Shown here piece by piece: positions 50,924 to 61,002 of a stretch of 64,000 nucleotides of DNA. The stretch spans positions 14,508,001-14,572,000 of the forward strand of contig OZ116704.1 in assembly GCA_964199315.1 (NCBI GenBank), written 5' to 3'. The notes under the pieces were generated by a model. It did no database searches and had not been told where the DNA came from. It saw only the letters and a program-made list of their open reading frames with translations. This DNA comes from Orbicella franksi (Eukaryota). The position numbers and the translations under genes were made by a program. Position 1 is the stretch's first letter, and each line of letters begins with the position of its first letter.

Positions 50924-51362
50924 TTAAAAATGAACTAGTTTAGGTCCAGATATTCAGTATCCTTCATCGACCCAGTAGACTTTCAATAGGAAACAGAAAG
51001 CAATTTTAGCACGGTTGTTGCAAAAATGATTGCGCACTTTTAGCAACATATTTTACCTCCGGTTTAAAAGCGCGTAAAATAAAAAGTGTGGCGTTCGTTA
51101 GCCATTGTAATCCACACTTGTCGATAGTCCGCCGTGGAATTTTCCTTAAGCTTGCACCCGCCTTCAACTTTAAATTCTAAAACGATCGAAGTAAAACGAA
51201 ACCGCGTTGATTTCAACGGTCTACTGCTCGTAACTGGGGAGAAAATATCGACTTACTCCTATTCTCCGATTTGCAATATATTGTTACATCTGAAGACCAG
51301 TGGTAATCTCTGACAACTTAAATGATTTCAACGAATTTATGATCAGGCTCGGGTAGCTCCAT
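50924..51362 (-). pseudogene. Family pseudogene with one nonsense codon in each coding exon
   Basis: Translation: MELPEPDHKFVEII*VVRDYHWSSDVTIYCKSENR-KFKVEGGCKLKENSTADYRQVWITMANERHTFYFTRF*TG-VYWVDEGY*ISGPKLVHF*. Stops are at 51320-51318, 51066-51064 and 50956-50954. Splice sites are intact. Confidence 0.8.
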
Positions 51363-52268
51363 GGCCAGAAATCTCGACCGTAATTATGAAATACTTCGGT
51401 AAATAAGAACTCGTCGCCAGAATGTTTGGTTTATTCTGCGCGTCATTATTGCGAGTTTCCTCGCAGGGTGCGCGCGCGCGTTTCGATGTATTATTTTGTG
51501 CTCTGAACTTGAACATATTACTTAACTTAGACATGAACCAAGCGAGCTGTCATCGCCAAAAGCAGCCTGTGCGAAACTAGCAAGACCTTATCCGTATATG
51601 ATGGCAATATGTCTTGTCAAAATATTTTAGCTTGTTTGCACGGGAGACACTCAAGTCATCAGCATGATTAACGCGCTATTTTAAGAAACGCTTCGGTCGG
51701 GATAACAGGAAGGAGAAAAGGTACTTTGATTACGCTGAAATATTGGAACATTTTGCATTTTATATGGAGCGCGCATTATCGCGCATTATCGACGACAACA
51801 CAAAGTTGAGCGATTAAAAGATTTCCTTTATTACTTCATCGCACAGGACAATATGGAACTCTCATTACATCGAAATAGCTATTTCTGGTTTAACACACAA
51901 GCTTGGTTCTATGTTAAATGCTGTTTCCTCTAAGGCGCTTGTGATAAACTCATCTACTTGTGAACCGCTGATGCTGAAAATTAAAAAAATAAACTAAGAT
52001 CGGTTTGTTCAACGCTGTGTATATGATCCCTAAATTTGGAGTAAAGCTTTCTAGTCAGTTGTGCTAAGTCGATTTTCACGTGCTTTTGTCAGAAGTAATT
52101 CCACCCAATATTCCTTATTCATGCTAAAATATCTAGATCAGGAGAGATTAGAACAACACAAAATGTTCTACATATGTAAATCAATAGTGTTTCTCGTTCG
52201 GGCAAGTCCCTGTCGTTATATGTTTATGCGTCACTCTAAAATATGCTTGCGAAGCATCTTACCGAAAT

Positions 52269-52702
52269 TCATCGCTGGTCAACATCCACTTGGCTCAAAA
52301 CACGATATCCAGATGTGGTTACGACGAAGTCTAGAAAAATAAAAACGGTTGCAATAAGGCATCTTTTCTAGAGTATGCTAAAGAACCTCCGTCATCATAT
52401 CGACGAACAAAGATTAGCTTTCCTGTCGGAGTAACTATTTTCAATCTTTGATACGATCTGCCGAGTCTCACCCCTTCATTCGTTTCTACCAAATAGCCGT
52501 TATGAACTTGGAATTCGAGCAAATACGAAAGCAACAAATTCAGGCCGAAGTCTTCGAATTATACACGAGAAAGATAATCTAGTCTACCTTGGTTCGGCGG
52601 ATAGGGGATGGTTAATTCCGCTTCTTCTTTGTTATTTTGCCCAATCCTTTTTGCCTCGCAGCTCTCATCGTGTTTTGGGTCTTCAATTTCAATCCCGCTC
52701 AT
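52269..52702 (-). CDS. Novel family member, ~98 aa, with a shifted exon-2 acceptor
   Basis: Exons 52702-52588, 52506-52387 and 52330-52269. Protein: MSGIEIEDPKHDESCEAKRIGQNNKEEAELTIPYPPNQ-VHNGYLVETNEGVRLGRSYQRLKIVTPTGKLIFVRRYDDG-DFVVTTSGYRVLSQVDVDQR*. The homologous acceptor reads CG; an in-frame AG lies 9 nt downstream. Confidence 0.7.
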
Positions 52703-53375
52703 GTTGGAATCAGTTGCTTGTCGTGTTTTCGTACACCAACAGGGTCTCAAGCGAAATGGTTTCTTTGCGCCAAGGTGTTGTCTTAAATGCGACCTCACAA
52801 AATGTGTTTAAAAATGCGCGTCTGCGCACAACTAAAGAATTCTGCGTCATGGTCTATTTTTGATCCCACTTTCAGCTGCGCGCGGTTACCTGATATTGTT
52901 CGCATATGCACAGTAAACAGACGGACATTTCAAGCAATCAAATCATCAACTTTATTGTACAGTGATAAGTGGAAAGATACAAATGTGCAAAGTTCAGCAT
53001 TCTTCTCTGCTGTGATAATTGGAAAGTTACAAAGGTGCTAAGTTCAGCATTCTTCTTTACTACAACAAGCTGATCTGTAAGGTATTCTGCAATCAAGGCA
53101 AACAAAGCGTTGTCAGACAAAATTCAACCGCAGATATTTTGATACATCCATGATTGTACGCCCACACTAGACTTTACTTCGCTATTATGTTTAACAATCC
53201 TTCCTCTCTTTTCTTTTCTATTCTTAATAATCAACCCATCGTCGATACTTTGGCGATATTGGAATTTTGATAGTCGCACAACTTTTGCCCCAAGAAAATA
53301 CGTTATGAATTGAACTCGTGTTTAGCATTCGTGAAACAACACAAGTTATAAATGACAGTGCGTACTTACTTTGTA

Positions 53376-53753
53376 CTAACGCGGACGGTCTTTCACAGTG
53401 ACTTCGTACTGTTCCATTGAAAGGCTTGGCTCGATGGTGTACTTGTTCTGTAATTCAGGAACGGACTGATCTCTAGTAATTTCTATCACGCTACCATGTG
53501 ATGCCAAAACTCGGAGTCTTTCAACGCCAAATAGATTGATAGGTTCCTCGAACATAAATCCATTATCCACATGATATTCTGTGGAAAGAACAATACTTAG
53601 ATTAGTGTGGATGTCTTTGACGGCCAAATGCGTTTGCAAAAATTCGCCTTCACCTCCCCTAGGCTTTCTGTAGATGTTGATAACTCCATGGGTAGGAACC
53701 CATATCTTGAGTATCTCGTAACGAGAATAGCCTTCAGGTTCGGGTTGATTCAT
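53376..53753 (-). CDS. Novel family member, 100 aa, with no intron 2
   Basis: Exons 53753-53654 and 53578-53376, with a 75-nt in-frame intron. Protein: MNQPEPEGYSRYEILKIWVPTHGVINIYRKPRG-EYHVDNGFMFEEPINLFGVERLRVLASHGSVIEITRDQSVPELQNKYTIEPSLSMEQYEVTVKDRPR*. TATAAATA is at ~53854, and a GTAAGT donor follows the stop after 6 nt. Confidence 0.82.
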   Translation of the reverse strand: MNQPEPEGYSRYEILKIWVPTHGVINIYRKPRGGEGEFLQTHLAVKDIHTNLSIVLSTEYHVDNGFMFEEPINLFGVERLRVLASHGSVIEITRDQSVPELQNKYTIEPSLSMEQYEVTVKDRPR

Positions 53754-56700
53754 TGCGTAAGCTTGACAAAATTGCGCGTAGCAGGCTAAGTTTTCCAATG
53801 GCTCTCTTCGCAGTGAGCGCAAATGCAAAATTGTATTCGCGCTAGGTATTTATACCTTGTAATTCATTGTGTTCCAGTTATCCAATCAAAATGAGACACC
53901 GAGGCAGCAAAAAGGGAGAAATCCCTTGAATTTTGGTGCAGTTTCCCGCGGTACGTTATGTAGTATATCAGGGCGCCTAGTTTTGGCCCTTGCACGTGCG
54001 AAATGAATGTCTGTGCGTCATTTGCTGTGCGCTCGCGAAAACAAGATTGTAACTTGCTTACCAGTGCGTAGCATTCATAGAGTACGTAGGATGCTTTGGA
54101 TTGTTTGCGCAGAAACATTTCTTATGTAGCTGGTCAATTCGTGGGTTATACTTGGGTTTGTTACGAAATAGAAGAGATACGCAAAGTTCTGATTTTTTTT
54201 TTGGAAAACAAAAGCAGCGGTTGCTGTTGGAAAATTGGAGTAAGATTTGTATTTTTTCTTTTTTCGTGTGCGTTTTTCGTTTCCTTACGCACTAAGAGCT
54301 TGCGGATGCAACGCGCATTAAGTTAATATCTTCTGCACTTCTCTAAAACGTGTAGTTAACTTCCTATATCTTTTTGATGGTGTGCGCTGTTTATATGGAA
54401 GCCTCGCGCATCGGGCTTTACAGACATTGCTGGCTTAGATAAATACCAGAATCAAAAATTAGTGAATTGCGAACAATTTCATGTAAACAATGGAGGGTGT
54501 TATAGTTTTGAATATGAACACAATTGAAAGAAAATCTTGTGTATATTTTGTCTGTCAGTGTGAGCTTGTCGAATGCGATTTGTTATGAGCTCATTTCCTC
54601 GCTTAATCATATCCATTGTTTTGTTTAGCGTTATGCAAAGACTTACTTGTTATTCTGCCATTGTAAAATGTGATAAGGAAATTATTTCACGCTTACAAAG
54701 CAATACAAGCAACCGTTTCTAATCACAACACTGTACTGTTTGCGCGCAAACGCCTGCGTGAATTATAACAGTGGAGAACTTTCGTCACGCATAGCTTTGT
54801 CTTAACCTTTAGCATATGTATTCTCTGTGCGCTGAGACTTTATAAGTAACTTTTTTCGTGTAGTATAAATCGAATGTATACTTCATTATTGTCCATGGCA
54901 ATGTAATCAAGTCATTTTTTTTAGCTGAAACGCATTGCAATGTGACTGAGAAGGTTCGTATACCAGTGTTAAATGAAAGCTAGTATCTTGAGCACAACGT
55001 TGGCAGCTCAGCAATAGCGATATACTGGTTTTTCCATGATTTTCATTGAAATACTAGCAAATATTTTACGATAGATTAGTGTTGTTTGTTACAAAACGAG
55101 CCTTAAAATGGAGAGCGGTTTCAAGTGGTCAGAAATGGAAACTCAGTTGAGGTATATAACTGAACAATAATTCGATTTCAATTCTTTCACAATCAGGAGT
55201 AAATAAGATCCTCAGTCCAAGACCTGGGCTGAAAAGTCATTCATCTGTTCGTCTCATATGAACTCAATCGTACTGAGATCTCTCAGAGATATCAGATAAA
55301 CATGCTATAGATTATTTTGCATTAATCCCTGTGGAAATCTAATGATTGTTTCGGAGTTTCTCAAGCGCAGTTACTTCAACAAACAACACTCGATGGATAT
55401 TTTGTTTTCAAGGTTAGGTTTAATAATATTTGTGCCATAAACACATACAAAGAGAAGGCATCTTTTAACAGCGAAGACTGTACGATCTTTACCATACAGT
55501 TTTGTAAATAATTTCTCGTTGTAACTTATAAGATTGCTCGTACCTTGCTAAATCATGGACGGCCATTGATGTTCCTTCCGAGCTAGGAAGAAAGAAAAGA
55601 AACATGTTTAATGCCTTGTAACGAAAATGTAATACTTAAGCACGGTGAGGAACAAAAGTGACTGTAGGATGCGAGAACGATGAGTGTTGATCGCTATCCT
55701 TGGATTCTTTAATGCAGGTTATACCAATATTTCTTCAACATACAGACACGAGGCAAAAGAAGTATAGCGAAATGATTCGTACCTGGTTGTGCATACCAAC
55801 AGCAGAAGCTAACCTTATTTCTGTTAGAGATGATTAGTAATTTCATCTGGGTAGCTTTACTTACCTTCCTCTTGCTCGACTTTCGGTTTGCAGGGATGTT
55901 TGTTTTGGTAGTCACAAACACGCAGGGAAATTTTTCGCGTGGGCCACACGCAATACATCCGCGTTTCATGTGACACTTATTTACAATCAAAAGGATACCG
56001 GCATGGCATCTCTGCACGTAATCAAATTTTCCTTAGATTTTGTAAATTTCGCGCTGTTCCGCGATTCCTAAGGTAGACAACCCCACAAAAATCTTGTCTA
56101 GGTAATTTAGCGTCTTTGAAATGGCTTCTAATGGAGCAATTTACAGCGAGAAGATCAAGGCGTAGATTCTCCTCACGTGCAGCTGTCACTGAAAGGTGAT
56201 CGATTGCCTGTCAAGGACGCAGTGGCTTGAATCGGTACGTGTCCTTCACCTTGGCAAAAAATGTATTTAGAGTAAACGGTCTTTGTTGTCGTGAAGCAAA
56301 GGTGCTTGCAAAGCGTTTTCGGTTTCGTGTTTATTGTTACGTAAGCGAACAAGAATGTGCTAAGCGAGCAGTTTCGAATGGAACAAAGAAACTGCTGTGT
56401 TGACAGATAAATCGAAAGTGCAACGTAGTCATTTTCTTATCACGTGGAATGTGCTTATGAAGCAGTTTTATTGTGAGCGAGCACGTTCTGCTATAATCGT
56501 TACCTTATTTGGTCATTTTTGACTTCATAGAGCGGATCGTTAGAACGGTCAGATGGTCGATCCAGGGCGGTCAAATTGAGTTTTTGGACGAGCAACTTCA
56601 TCCAAATTGTTCAGGTCTTTTTGTTTGAGTCATTGCGTGCAGAAGCGTTTCCATGTTTTTAATCTGCATATACGCACATGAAGGTTTAAGATCCTCGTTT

Positions 56701-57002
56701 GGTGATTGGTTGATCAAAATAAAAATATAGCTACCTCCACTGAGACATCAATTATATCCACCCTTAGCTGTCACTGAAAATGACATGGCTGTCCTGTTTA
56801 CAGAACGCTGATTGGTTGACAGAGCTCTAAGCGTTTGCACTTGTCACAACAAACCTGAGGGCACGAGATATTGGGACTCCCCCGTCAGCTGTTTGTGGTA
56901 TTTTAATATTCAGGTCACTGCCTCCCACGTTGGGCTTTGTGAAATTTATCATTTGCTATATTCATTCGCTGCGATTTGCGTCTTACTTCTTGTATAAACG
57001 AA

Positions 57003-57279
57003 ATGGAGCCAGCCGCCGACGGAAAAAGTCTCGAAAAACGTCTCAAAGTGGCCGCTTTAGCATGGGGTTGTACACTCACACCACCAACGGGCTACGAACA
57101 TCGAGAACCAGAGTTACCCAATGGTTTGTTTTGCTTTTATTTGAGCGATCTCAGGGCATCTTCGCTTCTGCATAACGCCTAACCCAACGCTAACGTTATT
57201 TCTTCGTTACTTAGATGAAACCAAGATTAGACAATGGCAAGAAGGCCGAAAGAGCAACACAAACGAAGCCAAACGATGA
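57003..57279 (+). CDS. Possible small two-exon gene, 61 aa, not homologous to the family
   Basis: Exons 57003-57123 and 57215-57279, with a 91-nt phase-1 GTTTGT..TTAG intron. Protein: MEPAADGKSLEKRLKVAALAWGCTLTPPTGYEHREPELPN-DETKIRQWQEGRKSNTNEAKR*. There is no paralogue here to confirm it. Confidence 0.3.
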
Positions 57280-59883
57280 GAGTGCTTCGTGTTTGAAGGT
57301 TAGAAACAACTCCTTATCTTGCGTTGCAGCTCAGATTTTGGACTCGAAACTGAGTAGAAAGCTATCTAAGTCAATATTCCGACGAACGGCTTCCTTTTGG
57401 CTACTTTTCTTAAGTGATAAATTGTAGAATAAGTCCTTAATAGGTTCTATAGTGTAGTTGAATATTTGCTTTTTGCACAAGATTGCTATTATTGAAGAAT
57501 CGAGTTGTCTGTTTGTGTAAGGTTATCGGCCAATTCCGACATCAGACAGTGCAGTATTTAATTCATTGTTGCATTTCAGCATTAGAAAGTAATAAATCCT
57601 CTTTGCTTTTGTTGGCAGGATAAACTCGGAAATGAACACACTATTTCACTGGATCAGATCGCATGAACGCCGAGCAAAGTGCTTTAAGCTGCTTAGAAAT
57701 AGCCAGCAGTGGATTTCTGGTTGATAGGATAAAATAGTTGCATTGTTAGAACTGAGATATTTCAGAACCAAAAATCCCTTGTAACATTAAGTACTTTAGG
57801 CGAGATCGACTGAAAAGTTGGAAATTGAAACGTTGCGTTATTTAAGAGGCCGTCACAATAAAAATTCATGTATTTAATAATTGCCAATGGCCACACGTCA
57901 CCTGGTTTGTTTCATTTTCGTTTTTGCGAAAAATGCTCTGTTTGAAACATTCTTGCCCAAACACGTCCCTTCTAATTAACTACTATCTCTTATCAATGTT
58001 ATACCCGGTCATTACCTTACAGCGCTCAGTGTTTAAAAACCTGGTGGTCTGTTTTGCTTGTAAACATGAACTTAAACGCAGGTCTCTATCTTCTGTTCAA
58101 CATCAATAAAATCAAACTATAAGGTAAATAACTGTTCGTTGTGATATGATTACAGTTTAAATCGCTACTTTGAAGATTCTGTCGTATTGAAAGTCGACTA
58201 CTTAAGATTATCTTATTGCAATCTTATAGTAAACAGTTACTATTGTTCTTTTAAGCTTACTCCTATCTTTACAAGTGATAAGTCCTTTATAAGCCTTCAA
58301 TATCGGTAACATAGTGCTATAGAAAAGCTTTTTGTTCGCTACTACGTGAAGTTAAAAACGAGTAATGTCTGAGCATGGAGTGAACAAGCTTGTGATGTAA
58401 ATATTATTATGAATGTCGTCCCAATAAATTGTCAAACGTTTATGTCTGTCGTTATTTTATGTAACTATGTCCATGTTGAGTCGTCTTACAATGTTTCTCA
58501 ATTACTTTTTTGCTGCCTATTTATTCTCCTACTAAAAGAAGCAAAAAGAAAGGGTGCAATAATCGCAGCAAGTGTATAGTAAATGTCTTTGAAGATGACG
58601 GTTCAAGTCATCACATAACAGGTATCACATATGGTTAGAAAGCAGCGAAATATTTTCCATCGAAAATACGCCAGTGTTTGCTCTTTCTTTCCGAACAAAG
58701 CGTTACGTTATTTATAATCGACTGTGCTAAGGACTTCATCGAAAATTTGTTCTTTCAAAACCTAGCTTTCGAGTTAACCTTAAAATCCATGATGTTTCGC
58801 TACAATGGGGCTTTCAAAGTGAAATGAAAATATTTCCTCGCTATGTAATGGAAATTTTCCTTCGTTTTTGGGGCTTTCCCTTTCGTAGTTGTGCTCACGT
58901 CACTTGGCAACTGCTTTCATTGTAAAAATAGAATAGAAATTAAGAACGTCGTACGATTTGTGACTCAAAACGATAAAAATTTCCCCCAAACGCATTCTTT
59001 ACAAGGCGCCGTTTTCGTTTCCGCGTGGAGTCTGGAACGACTAAAGGAATAACTCGTTCATTCTCACGAAATGTTCGCTTCAAAGGGATTATTTTACTTT
59101 CCAGACGAAGAAAATTTAATGGTTCACTTATCGTTAGCACTTTATTTTCTATAATTAGTCTTAAAAGCTCGTGAAAATCATCGACAAAACTAAGTGATGC
59201 AAGAACTTAATGACCTTAATTGGATTCGGAGAAAAGTCCCTTCAGATTCCCGGAATTGAAACTGTCACGCAACCTTGAACGTAAGTTAACTTTTTCTTGA
59301 TATACTGAAGTTAGCAGGCAGGAAATCTCGGTTTTTTTATGATCTTGCTCTTTAATTAAGCCTTCTATTCCTGCCTGTTGAGCTTTTAGGTCTATAATAT
59401 AGAAAGCTTATATTTTTAGTGACAACGGTTTTAATAAACAATCGATGCCGTAAACATTAAAGGGTTTTCGAAAATTATTTCGGCTTACGCTTGCACTTTC
59501 ATTATATTAATTGGTCACGTTCTTGGTATAAATCTAGAGACCTAATTTAAAGGTAAAATGATTTTGTGCAGCAGAATTCATCACTTTCAAACGAAATAGT
59601 GTTCAACAGAATTCACGTAAATTGAATTTCGGCGATGGGGTTTAAGTGAAGACGTCCATGTAACGCAAGACAATCCATGTATTTAAGATCATTTCATGCA
59701 AATTCCAGTCCAATGTCTTTCACAATACTTAACATGAATGGTTGTTACAAAATCATGTTTCACGACAGAGTAAGTAATAACTGGTTATAACTCGATTCTG
59801 ACTTCCCAAGTTGAAGTACAGTTGAACATGTTTAACACAAAATATGTTTAACACATATGGACACTAAGGAGGCATGCCCCTAC

Positions 59884-60318
59884 CGGGGGGTACTCAACAG
59901 AGTTTTATACGGGGTATGCCCCAAGGTCCAAACCCTTACCCTTTAACAGATCTTTTTTAGTCAGAAAAGGTAACCCTTTCAGATACCTTCTAAGAAAATG
60001 GTACCCCTGTCGCATACCATATACATAATGCTTTTACCGACCCTAAAAAAGTCCTGCAAAAAATCTTTCTACCCAAAAGAGATCCACCAGAATTTTTTTC
60101 TTCTTACAAAAAACCAAATTGTTTATTTCAAACCCAAAAAATTTCTTTGCACCTAGTCACTAACATACCTGTATGAGGTATTTTTAAAGTCCCTTTTGGA
60201 TACCTAAATGACAGTTTTTTCTACCCGTCTCAATACTTCAACTCCTGCAAACCATACCCTTTTATATACCTCCAGCCTGAGAAAGGACCCTCCCCATATG
60301 GCCATTATAGGGAGTGCC
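59884..60318. mobile_element. Non-autonomous repeat with short ggggggtact/agtgccc ends
   Basis: Starts ccggggggtactcaacagagttttatacgggg and ends ggccattatagggagtgccc. It resembles abundant coral dispersed repeats as recalled, not searched. Confidence 0.5.
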
Positions 60319-60739
60319 CTGTAGGGGCATGGGCAAACATCCTTATTGTTGAGGTGACCTTGTTATAGAGAGAGAGATTATATTCACGAATCATATTCTG
60401 GTATCTCTGGGACAAACTGAACTGTTCATATTATAGAGGTGTCAATATTATGGGGGTGTCTAGAGGGCGAGGGACCACTAAATTAGGGCTGTCATTAAAG
60501 GCCATAACTCGTAACACATCAAGGGTGGATCCAGGATTTTCAAGGGTTGGTGGCTGGTATGTAAGGGTGTCAGAATCCATGGGTTCATGTCCTCAAACTG
60601 TTGCAATTTGAGAATTGGAACCAGATTGAAAACTGTTATAAACAATACTAGATGAGGTTTTTGTGATATCCAGAATAATCAAGGGCGAGGTAGGGGTTAT
60701 CAGCTAAAGCCGAACGCTAAGGCTGATAACCCCTCCCTT

Positions 60740-61002
60740 GATATGGAATATGAACTAAATATATGGAATATGAAGTGGAATATGAACTAAATATATTAGG
60801 GGAAATTGTGAACGATATAAAGAAGATTTAGGAATTGTAGAAAGGTCTAATTCTATGATTTTTTAGAACATATTTTTGAATTAATTGTAATGATAATAGG
60901 TTACAGTATTTAGTATTTTTTCTTTTATTTTATTGCACGGGCCCCATAAGCTTATAGCTTTAATCTTTACCGTGGATAAATAAAGTCTTGATTTGATTTG
61001 AT
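60740..61002 (+). mobile_element. 5'-truncated LINE-like 3' end inserted into another dispersed repeat
   Basis: AT-rich segment ending gtggataaataaagtc(ttgat)n. It interrupts a repeat whose parts lie at ~60640-60740 and ~61003-61165. Confidence 0.45.

Noticed and set aside
9277-53753. Endogenous virus or horizontally acquired prokaryotic operon
   Set aside because: The genes have spliceosomal introns and poly(A) signals. I found no polymerase, capsid, integrase or other viral hallmark.
54096-54326. Possible plus-strand divergent family member head-to-head with the 53.7-kb gene
   Set aside because: The similarity is only vague, and I could not build a model with an ATG and phase-1 junctions.
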